64,000 nt of DNA, taken from Rhynchobatus australiae (taxonomy: Eukaryota). Positions within the stretch are counted from its first letter, which is position 1, and every line of letters starts with the position of its first letter. Of the stretch, positions 37,798 through 48,500 are shown piece by piece. Below the pieces are notes generated by a model. That model was not told where the DNA came from. It searched no databases and saw nothing but the letters and a program-made list of their open reading frames with translations. Made by a program: the position numbers and the translations under genes. The DNA is taken from the NCBI GenBank assembly GCA_034780895.1, contig JAUZTB010000064.1:53619716-53683715 (forward strand), in the 5' to 3' direction.

Positions 37798-38139
37798 ATG
37801 GAATTTCTTATCAGCTCTGTCCTGAATGGCTGACCGCTTATTTTCAATCTGTGAGCTAAGGTTCTAAACTCCCCATCCAGGGGAATCACCTGTTAAATTC
37901 TGTAACAACATCTACTTTTTTAAGTCCTGTAAGAATTGTGTATGTTCCAATGAGATTACCTCTCGTTCTTCTAAATTTAAGACACTAGCCACACTGCCTG
38001 TTAATCTTACCCCATCAATTGCAAGAATCAATCTTTATTGCACTTCCTTAATTACAAGTATTTTCTTGCTTAGGAAGGTAGACCAGATCAGTGGACACTA
38101 TTCCAGGTGCATTCATGCCAAGGTCTTATAAAATTGCAA

Positions 38140-38600
38140 TTAGGGGAGAGATGAAGAAATCTTTTTTCACCAAGAGGATGGTAGGGGATTGGAACTCATT
38201 GCCTGTCAATCTACCTCATCATGGCCCTTGCACTTTATTTGTTTACCTGCACTNNNNNNNNNNNNNNNNNNNNNNNNNNNNNNNNNNNNNNNNNNNNNNN
38301 NNNNNNNNNNNNNNNNNNNNNNNNNNNNNNNNTGGAATGATCCATTTGGATGGCATGCCAACAAAAACTGTTCACTGCTTCTCGGTACATGTGACAATAA
38401 TAAACCAATTACCAATTATCAGAGGCAGAAACCCAACACATTTAAACAGCACTTAGATGTGCAATTGAAAGGAAGTGACCTGCATGGTTACAGAACTAGT
38501 GCTAGGAGGTGGAATCACGCTGTGTAGCCCTTTTACAAGCACCACAGACATGGTAGGATGAATGCCTTCCAGCTTTGCTATGAATGTTCTGTGATTCTGG
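38140..38600 (+). mobile_element. CR1 tail carrying a short Rex1-type tail insert (~38205-38420)
   Basis: FFTKRMVGDWNSLP is interrupted by sequence similar to 37590-37795, then the CR1 tail resumes. Confidence 0.7.
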
Positions 38601-38639
38601 TATAGAGGAAGGGCCATACTGTTAAAGGTATCATCCTTC

Positions 38640-38925
38640 AGAGTGTTAACTAAGATCTTTTTGGGTGAGTGCAGATGATCCCAAGGTACTATTGGAATGA
38701 GACTAGAAAATTCACCTGGTACCTGACCAGTATTTATATCTCAACTGACACCAAAGTTCAGTTATTTAGTTATTGCTGTTTGTGGGATCTTGCTGCATGC
38801 AAACTGGCTCCTTTGCTTCATATGTGACATCAGTAACTCTACATCAAATATACTCATTAGGCTATAAATCTCTGCGTCATATCTCAGCTTAGCCAGTTGT
38901 GTATAACAGAAGTCCATCCTTTTCT
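38640..38925 (+). mobile_element. Ancient SINE remnant (DeuSINE-like)
   Basis: cctgaccagtatttatatctcaac...ttgctgtttgtgggatcttgctg resembles the Deu-domain SINE body as recalled; second copy at 8.3 kb. Confidence 0.5.
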
Positions 38926-40233
38926 GACCTAAATCATTGTCTTCTTTCCTTCCAAAGGAAAAACAGGCTCCCCAGCCCTGGAAAATGTTGCTGGGGCAGA
39001 GCCATCATGATGGAATGCCCTCTCCACTGGAAGAAGGAACACTCCACATTTGCCCCTGTGGAGAACTTGTCTGAAAGGTTGAGAGTGGGACAAGGTGTCA
39101 GTAGAAAGTAATTGAATTCAGAATAAAACTGATTAGTATTTCTCTCAGATGGGACTGTGGTGAGAGACCAGGGCTGTGGGATTATCTTTAGCTTCCTGGA
39201 GCGAAGATTTGGCACGACATCATGGACTGGATAGTTTCCTTTGTGCTATCGACTTTTATGGTTAAATAGTGGATTTAAAAAAACCCACAGAAACAGGAAA
39301 TGGAAATGAAGGAAAAGAGATATACAAAGAGGGAAAGTAGACATTATTATGGATGGGCTTAAGTCCAAATAGCTTTAAATTTAAGAACTAACCAACAACC
39401 AGAAATGAATTTTCTCTGACCACATCAATTAACAGACTGTAATTGAATAGTAGCTTGTCTGATTCCTTCTCAGCAGCTAAACCACAAATTTCCTGCAGTC
39501 CATTAAGAAGAATTGGGTCCAATCAATTCCCAGTATCTGGGCAAAATGCTTTAAATACAGAATAAATTGAAGCACCATCAACTAGACATGGAAAGTAATA
39601 TTCATTAAGATGAATTTCTTCTTTAAAATATAATTTTATTCTAAATTAATTATTTTTGTGATGTCATAGAACATGTAACTAATACACGTAAAGCAACTCT
39701 TTCACTTAATGTGGAGGGTGACTACATAACATGTAACAGATAAAGTTACAAATGGTTTTTACACATTTCCCTGTGTGTAAAGTGAAAATATTTATCCAGT
39801 GCTGCTGTTATTCATTCTAAGTGTATGGAAAGCACTAATAAGCATAATGTGTTTTAATTTTCACCATTTTTGAAAACATATATAGTAACGGCACCTTAAT
39901 AAAAATCAGCACTGTGCTTTAGTTTGTCATGAGCCACTTCTTTTACTCAAGTGTACCAAGTCACAAATGTTTTATTTTCTCTTTTTTTCTCTGAAGTAAG
40001 TAATCGTGATCAGCCTTGAATTTATGCCAGGATACTGTGCCATTCAGCAACTGAGTACTATTGTGGACTTGGTTTAGTTATTATTCGTGTTGCTTGCTGA
40101 GCTTGAAAAGGGGTGATTAAGTAGGAGATCTTCAGGTTGTGGGGGAAAACAGGCAGGCAGATTATACATTTAAAATGGAACTTAGCTTGTTATGATCCAA
40201 TAAATCCAGGTATAGTAAAGGGAAAAATCTAAC

Positions 40234-40299
40234 CTGCAGAGCAGGTAGAAACATACATTTTTTGGTAAAAGTGGTCAAAAGTGCAATGGTTAAAACTAC
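40234..40299 (-). CDS. Exon (VVLTIALLTTFTKKCMFLPALQ)
   Basis: Acceptor gctacag, donor CAG|gttaga; 66 nt, phase 0 to 0, open. Confidence 0.5.
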
Positions 40300-41743
40300 C
40301 TGTAGCATTATTGTAAAGTATAATATTTGATGTTTCTGGCTAAACATGTTGGAGCTCTTGGGACTTGATACTGAATTAAACAACTTAAAATAACAAGAAC
40401 TGGCCAGTTCTGATGTATGGTCATGCACCTGCAATATGAACTCAGTTTTAACTTCTCCACAGATGCTACCTGATTTGCAAAGCATTTCCAGAAGTCTTTT
40501 TTTATTTAAGATTTCCAACAACTATTGTATTTTGCATCCTACAGTTCCAACATTGGTTCTCCCTCTTTTCTTCCCCCCCCCCCCCTATTGGTATTGTTTA
40601 TTATTGTCACTTGTACCAAGGTACAGTGAAAAACTTGTCTTGCATACCGATCGTACAGGTCAATTCATTACANNNNNNNNNNNNNNNNNNNNNNNNNNNN
40701 NNNNNNNNNNNNNNNNNNNNNNNNNNNNNNNNNNNNNNNNNNNNNNNNNNNNNNNNNNNNNNNNNNNNNNNNNNNNNNNNNNNNNNNNNNNNNNNNNNNN
40801 NNNNNNNNNNNNNNNNNNNNNNNNNNNNNNNNNNNNNNNNNNNNNNNNNNNNNNNNNNNNNNNNNNNNNNNNNNNNNNNNNNNNNNNNNNNNNNNNNNNN
40901 NNNNNNNNNNNNNNNNNNNNNNNNNNNNNNNNNNNNNNNNNNNNNNNNNNNNNNNNNNNNNNNNNNNNNNNNNNNNNNNNNNNNNNNNNNNNNNNNNNNN
41001 NNNNNNNNNNNNNNNNNNNNNNNNNNNNNNNNNNNNNNNNNNNNNNNNNNNNNNNNNNNNNNNNNNNNNNNNNNNNNNNNNNNNNNNNNNNNNNNNNNNN
41101 NNNNNNNNNNNNNNNNNNNNNNNNNNNNNNNNNNNNNNNNNNNNNNNNNNNNNNNNNNNNNNNNNNNNNNNNNNNNNNNNNNNNNNNNNNNNNNNNNNNN
41201 NNNNAATGGCTTTCTCCTGTGCTGCAAGTTTCTACGATTCTAAATTCGCAAGTGGAAGGGGTTCAGAAAGCTGAAAGCAGAGCGGCCAGTGGGGGAAAAA
41301 AAAATTGAGCTGATGTATTCAAATTCAGAAAATGTGAGTGTTTAAAGACCAAAATGTATTAATATTTCATAACCAGAACTTAACACAGTGCTTCCAAACC
41401 ACAACATAAAGTTATATTGAAAGCAAAGTGTTTCACATAAAAACACATGAAACCCACTGAGAATGAGAAGTATGGACAAGTGACATGATACATGACCAGG
41501 AGCTGAATTTTGTAAAGAGTGAAAGGTTGTGGGATTGAGCTGAATATTCAATATTACAAGAGGAAACTGCTCCAAATGACCCTGCCTCAGATTCAAGGAT
41601 AAAGTCAGAAGAATTCCACCTGGAAGATTGTCTCAGCAGCTCTTGTCCCATACTCCTTGCTGGAATGTTGGGTCATTTTGAAGGCAGGAATGATTCCCTG
41701 AAAGAGAATAATGAAAGTTTTCATTCTGAAATCTTTTACTCAC

Positions 41744-41886
41744 AGTGGAGCATTCTGTCTTCTTGAAAAAGCTAGCTATCCCCTTTGGGATCAATTATGA
41801 ATTATGACCCAGGGTATCAATGAGGTGAAATGAAGTTTCAGTAAAGAATGTTCATATATTGAATATAATCACTTTTTTAGAAAGCA
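41744..41886 (-). pseudogene. Disabled exon (LSKKVIIFNI*TFFTETSFHLIDTLGHNS*LIPKGIASFFKKTECST)
   Basis: Acceptor tatttaacag, donor ACT|gtgagt; 143 nt, phase 1 to 0, fits both neighbours; TGA at 41852-41854 and TAA at 41795-41797. Confidence 0.45.
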
Positions 41887-42804
41887 CTGTTAAATAGCCG
41901 TCAAAGCAACCTGGTACAAATGTGTTGATATGTTTGCTACCAAAGTCGCATCAAAATTTCAAATCCTGTAATGTGACTGGCTTTCATATTTCTGAAAAAT
42001 TGAATCCAGATCATGTTTATGTTTGGATACAAGCCTTTATCTCGAAGCTAATAAAGAGCAACAGTACATAGCCTTAAAATAGTACTCACAAGTGCATGCT
42101 TTCTAAAGCATTACATGTTGAATGCAGTGGGTCAAAGAACAAACATCCTCACCCACCAATGTCATTCACTCAAGTTATTTCCTCCCCGATGACAAACACT
42201 AATCGCTTCCACCTGCTGCTGTCGTCATGGCCCCTGACTGATGGCTCTTGAAGTAATACCACAACAATCAAAATGCAACACAACAAAAAATACCACACAA
42301 TTTAAAAGTGCACAACGTGCTTACAATTCTAATCTTTATAAGCTAAAAAGGCTGTGGACTAAGTTTGTTCCTCTTGGTGGGGAGAGATAGGGGAGATTTC
42401 ATACATGTATTGGCAGAGCAATTTTCTACTTTTGTTTCACTTAAAAGTTATTTATAAGCTCATTATTCATTTCTAGAATTGAATTTCTTTTCCTTTATAG
42501 ATGAATTTAGTATTATTTCTGCTGGTGATGAAGAATAAAAATGGCAGGTAAATTTGGGGGAAAAAAGTTATGGAAAATGTAATGTAGATGAAATAATAAG
42601 ATGGTATGAAACTATTTGGAGTCTATAACTGAAAGGGGTGTCATTATCAGTGTACATTGTGTTTGCAGGGCTGAAATACACAGTGTTATCAATACAGCAT
42701 CTAGAAATGAAAGACCGAGATGACTACAAGATCTGTTTCAACAAACTTAAGACAAGATCGGCACCTACAGTCAATCCAGAAGGTAAATTGGAAAGGTGAT
42801 CATT

Positions 42805-43310
42805 AAGATTCAAGATTTAAGACTTAAGATTTACTTTGTCATTTCTGAGTATTTGCATGCACAAAAAAAAAATACTGTTTCTCACCAGCTCATATCAGTG
42901 CAACAAAAAGAACAGTGATAAATATCTAAAATCTATAAAAACATCTCTAAGACAAAGCTTAAAAAGTACCAACACCACATATTCATGTGTATTAAAGTGC
43001 GTTTGTGTATTAATAAGTGCTTATTCAGTTTGAGGTGAAGTTCAAATTATCAGGTAGCTATCAAACTGTTTCTGTATGTACGTGTGTGGGGAGGGAGAGC
43101 TTGTCGGTGGAAGTGGAAGGGGACACAGTCCATTTATAATCCTGACTGCTTGTGGGGATAAAGCTGTTCAACATCCTGCTGGATCTAGATCAGATGCTCC
43201 TATACCCCTTCCCCAGTGGCAGGAGGGAAAGCAGGTCATGAGAAGGGTGATGAAGGTCCTTAATGATGGCTGTAGCTCTGCAAATGCAGCATTGCTGATG
43301 GATCTCCATC
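42805..43310 (-). mobile_element. Rex1/Babar-like LINE 3' fragment
   Basis: Minus strand KDLHHPSHDLLSLLPLGKGYRSI; (aaatctt)-type tail. Confidence 0.7.
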
Positions 43311-44543
43311 AAAAAGGGGAGACTATACTCTATTTCTCTCTCTACAGATGCTGCCCAACCTGTTGTGTATTTCCAGCCCTCTTCACTTTCATTTCAGGTT
43401 TTTTGCATCTACAGTTTTTTTTCTTATCTATGAAATTCATCAGTGTTTTGCTTACTTTTATTGTAATGCACACACTATACTTTTGCTTTAAAACTTAGGA
43501 TGAAGTTATTTATTGTGTTGTAACAGTAAAGCTGTTGACATAAAAATAATCCTCTAGTAGAAAACGACACAATGACTTAGATCATCACATGCTGATCTCT
43601 GAAGATGAAGAATGCAAATGTGTTGAATTCACTTGTACTTCTGTTTATTTGTGTGGAATGACATAATTAGGTTGAAGGAGCTCCAGACATGTTATTTATG
43701 TTTTTTTACACCTATTATACATTATTAAACAATTGTAAAGTAGTAAAAGCCCAGAGGGCTGCAAAATTCTGCTGAAAGTAGCACAAGAAGACAATTATAG
43801 AACTGCTTTGCTTCCAAACTTCTAAAGATAAACCTCACTCTGAAAATAGTATTGATTTTTAAAATTGTAATTCCTGCAATTACATCTTGTTTTTATCAAG
43901 TTTAATTAACAAAAAAACTGTAAAATTAAAGAATCATGGTAAGTTTGTCAGAAGTCAAATTGATGAGTAAGGTCACCCAATCGCAATTAGGAAAAGCTGA
44001 TAGTCTCCCCATGTTATTATTTGCCTCTTGAATGATTTTTGTCTCTGTCAGTCAAAACCTCTTTGTACAAAGAAATGTTTCTTGGCATCTGTTCTAATTC
44101 CATTAATTTTAACCTATACTCTCTTGTTTTAATACTCCAACATGTCATTGAATGATAAACTGCATTAACCGGATCTATCTAGTTAATATCGTATATACTT
44201 CCATAATTCTCCCACTATCACTTATGTCATCTTCTTTAAGGATAATGTATTCCAATTCTTCTTAACTCAATCTTTTGACATAATGAAAAAATACATCCTG
44301 GCATTCTTTTTACAGTTTTCACTTTTTCCCTTGTCTTGGTAACCAAAATTTAACATATATAAGGTCCCATCTAAGCACTGAGGTGTTAGCATGGCACTTT
44401 CTAACTTAACTCAAGTGACGTGCTTTTGGGAATGAATACATGCCACATCTGCTCCATATCTTGCATGGAGCCATGCTTCTGCCTAAGTTCTTCATCCTTG
44501 CATTTTCTTTTGGCTTAGCCCATTATAGGGGCTAGTTAACCAA

Positions 44544-44591
44544 ACCCAGTATTCCTAGTTCTTACTGACCCAGTATTCCTAGTTCTTACTG
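44544..44591. repeat. Perfect 24-bp tandem duplication
   Basis: acccagtattcctagttcttactg repeated twice. Confidence 0.9.
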
Positions 44592-44682
44592 CAGCAGGCC
44601 ACTGGTTGAATTAAAAATGAATCTGGAGGAAAATACAATTCACTGTGCCAATCTGGCCACAGCAATGAATTGATCCACTTAC

Positions 44683-44792
44683 CCAATTTAGACTTGTAGA
44701 TGCACTGAACAAACTCCCCGAATGCTTGACACACATTTAATGGTAGATCACATTGCTAAGTGCTGTACTTCAGAAGTTAACACCACAAATAG
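44683..44792 (-). pseudogene. Candidate 5'-most coding exon (LFVVLTSEVQHL / QCDLPLNVCQAFGEFVQCIYKSKL)
   Basis: Acceptor ttttttcacag, strong donor TGG|gtaagt. Ends in phase 1, matching the next exon. Needs one frameshift, or the alternative acceptor giving exon start 44755. Confidence 0.45.
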
Positions 44793-45029
44793 CTGTGAAA
44801 AAACTGGGTAGGTTATGAATGAGCCATAAAGTGACTTAACTATGAAATCATCTCCATCTCCATAACCTTCTTGTGTATATTGATCTGCAATATTCACAGG
44901 GAAAACAGTGTATTGAAAATAATAAAATGCCTAATTGGTAACTGCTGATTCTCACTCCTATCTCATGCAACCTCGATATAAATTAGCTATTCCAGAGGTT
45001 TTCATCACGTGGCAACAATACGATATTTA

Positions 45030-45492
45030 CATAGAACACAGAACATAGAATTAGTACAGCACAGGAACAGGCCCTCAGTCCACAATGTTGTGTGGAACTA
45101 ATTAAGCTAATAACACCTAATTAAACTAATCGCATCTGCCTACACACGTTCCATATCCCTCCACTCTCTGCCTATTCGTGTGCCTATCTAAGATCCTCTT
45201 AAATAGCTTTCATTTCTGCCTCCTCCACCACCCCCAGCAGTGCATGCCAGGCACCTACCAAGTAAAAGAACTTGCCCCTCACATCTTCTCGGAACTTTCC
45301 CCTCTCACCTTAACTGTCTGCTTTCTAGGAGGAGATATTTCAACCCTGGGGAAAATGATACTGGCTGTCTACTCTATCTATGCCTGTCATAATTTTACAA
45401 ACTTCTATCAGGTCTCCTCTCAATCTCCACCGCTCCAGAGAAAACAACCCTAGTTTGTCCAACTTCTCTTTATAGCACATGCCCTCTAATCC
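45030..45492 (-). mobile_element. CR1 3' end
   Basis: YKEKLDKLGLFSLERWRLRGDLIEVCKIM; (ttctatg)n-like tail. Confidence 0.9.
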
Positions 45493-47779
45493 NNNNNNNN
45501 NNNNNNNNNNNNNNNNNNNNNNNNNNNNNNNNNNNNNNNNNNNNNNNNNNNNNNNNNNNNNNNNNNNNNNNNNNNNNNNNNNNNNNNNNNNNNNNNNNNN
45601 NNNNNNNNNNNNNNNNNNNNNNNNNNNNNNNNNNNNNNNNNNNNNNNNNNNNNNNNNNNNNNNNNNNNNNNNNNNNNNNNNNNNNNNNNNNNNNNNNNNN
45701 NNNCAGAGAGCAATGGACTTAGAATTTATAGTAATTTCATGTCTTTGCACTGTACTGCTTCCGCAAAACAACAAAATTCATGATATGTAAGTCAGTGATA
45801 TTAAACTTGTTTCTGATTCTGATTCTCTGTAGAGCTCTGTGCATTTAATTCCATACTTTTTACAGTTTAATAGACTTTACATTTATTGATTTACCGCACA
45901 TATTAATAACCAGAAGAAATGTTGAATAATTAGTAAATTAATGTTATGCATAATAGTATATTAAGTCATTAAATCTGTGTAATCATTATATGGAGTGAAT
46001 GAAACAATTTTATTAATGAGTTACATTCAGGCCTTGAACCTTTAATGCAATTAATGAATTCTAAATTTGAAAGCTACTTCACAAACAGATAATTCTCCAA
46101 GGATCTATTTATTCACATTGCCACAAATATTAAAAGATGAAAATTAATTTTATTAAAATTAAGTTGTGATTATTAGTTTGTCTGCTGCCATGGAGATTAT
46201 TACACGGAAGTTTCACCCATTTGGTAAGAAAATATGTTCTTCATTTGGTATAATAAAAGAGTACTTTGTGAATAAAAGCCATTCACTGCATGCTTGTGCA
46301 ATGAACACTGTCCATCCTGTACCCTACCCGATCATGGGTCAGTCACCAAAGAACATTTTGTTGCAGATTTAATTAATCTGTACACCTGCTTCTTACACAG
46401 GGGCCTTTTCACATGAATTGAACATGCCAGAAGGCATTATGACCAGCCTACAAGGACGTAATTAAAAAGTCTTTTTCAGAATCAAACAATTTGTACAGTG
46501 TAATTTGCCAGGACTGCAATGAGCAATCACCTGAATTTAATTAGCTTTCAGCAAATGTTTTTTTTATATATATTCAGTGGTAAAATAGAACCAGCTCTTT
46601 TCATTTTTCCACAAATCATTAGTGCTACTGGCTAGAAATTCCTGAGAGAGATGGGGCTAGTACTGAACAATTGAGTTCAGAAGCTGGCTTCTTTCTCAAC
46701 TACTGTGTTTTTCATCCAGGTTTTTTTTTTGTCTAGAGTTTCATTGTACAGTTTGCCCACCTGCATGGCACTCATGGCAGGTTTAGTTTAACTGCACAAT
46801 TCAAATAAAATGTGAAATTTTAGAATTATGGTGCACCACTTGTGGGGCACAGTTATAGCTCATTTCACAACATCCTCCATTATTTTTTATCTTTTACCAC
46901 AGTAAAATCATCCCAAGGGTTTGTTGAATGCACCAGGCATAGTTTGGAGCTCAGGTGAGGAAGATTTTCAAGAAGTCCAGGCTTGGGTTAACTAAAGCAG
47001 AGATAGGTTTTGCAGTGACAGAGAGATAAAGTTGAGGAAAGTAAAACTTGCTGAAGGGGAAGAATGTTATACATAAGAATAATTTGGGTGCATAGGTTGA
47101 AGCTCAGATGAGAGCCAAACATAACAGTGAATGAACTTTTATCTCACAGCTGAGTTGTGGAAGAATTTGTTATGAATCCCATTATGATCTCAGTGTGAGG
47201 ACAGTTTCAAATGTAAGGTATGGTTTTAGTTGCTCTCTACTTCAGTGACATCATGTACAGTAACTATTCAAAGGGCTATGAGGCTTTTAGAAGGGAAGGC
47301 AATAATAGAGCAATATTTGACAGGTTATTCAGCCTCTTAGATGGTCAAGATGCAGTCTTGAGAGAGAACATCAATTTAGTCCAAGTGTAATGCAAAGATC
47401 CATGTAAGACTATTGAAGCCTGAAGTAGTACATGCAAAAGGTTTTGAGCTCTACTTTCAGATGAGTCAGCATTTGTAGTATTTTACTTTTTAGTGATAAT
47501 CTATAATAACCACAGAGCAAAATGTCAAAGCAATAGACTAAAATAGACCATGCATGCTGGAATCTGGAGCAAAAAAAAAGCTGCTGGGGTCAGACAGCAT
47601 CTGTGGAGGGAAATGGAAAGTTGAATAGAGCCACATTATAACTTTACCATCTGCAAGTGTCATGTCATTTGATTGGAGACCAAAACCCGCTGAGTTGATG
47701 CCTCAAAGGATTGTCCATTGGCTTTTATTCCCATGAAGACTCTGTTTTTTTTTCAACAGTGGAGTAGTCTCTGTTCCAT

Positions 47780-48500
47780 GAATATGAAGGAGGGTGAACA
47801 TGTGCCAGTCTACATTGGAGGATCAGTGCTGGAGAGAGTGAGCAGCTTTAAATTTCTGGGCATTAACATATCGGATGACCTGTCCTGGGCCCAGCATATA
47901 GAAGGTTAAGTAGTTTTGACATGTCACTGAACACTCTGACAAACTTCTACAGATATACTGTTGAAAGTATCCTGACTGGTTGCATCGTGATCTGGTATGG
48001 CAATTCGAATGTGGAGGAATGTAAAAAGCTGGAGAGTAGTGGACACAGCCCAATACATCATGGGCACATCCCTCCCCAGCATCAAAATTATGTGCATGAA
48101 GCACTGCCTCAAGCAGGCAACATCTATCATCAAAAATCCTCACCATCCAAACCATGTCATCTTCTCGCAGCTATCATTGGGCAGGAGGTACAGAAGCCTG
48201 AAGTCCCACACCATCAGGTTCAAGAATAGCTACTTCCCTTCAACCATTTGGCTTTTGAACTGATCTGCACAAGCTTAATCACAACTTCAGTATAGCAAAA
48301 GTATGACTACTTTGCACTACAATGGACTTTGTTTTCTTTTTTTGTTCTAATTGTGTTCTTTCTTGTATAATTTATGTATGTTTCATGTTTTCCTTGTGAA
48401 TGTTGTGTTTCTGATGCTATGTGCCTGTGATGCTGCTGCAAGTAAGTTTTTCATTGCACTTGTGCATATGGCAATAAACTCGACTTTGCCTTTGACTTTC
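47780..48500 (+). mobile_element. Rex1/Babar-like LINE fragment
   Basis: LERVSSFKFLGINISDDLSW, TLTNFYRYTVESILTGCIVIWYGN, RFKNSYFP. Confidence 0.9.

Larger units (their letters stand above)
1012..44792 (-). pseudogene. Multi-exon gene/pseudogene (~20 exons) encoding a large adaptin-like protein, tentatively TPLATE/TSET-like
   Basis: Chain of AG/GT-bounded exons with concordant phases; central nine exons give 293 open codons; outer exons contain in-frame stops or frameshifts. Gene structure is seen in sequence; family assignment is inference from remembered motifs. Confidence 0.7.

Noticed and set aside
41620-41697. Open minus-strand segment GIIPAFKMTQHSSKEYGTRAAETIFQ with AG/GT ends
   Set aside because: Would need a 46-nt intron; exon 40234-40299 fits the same phase better.
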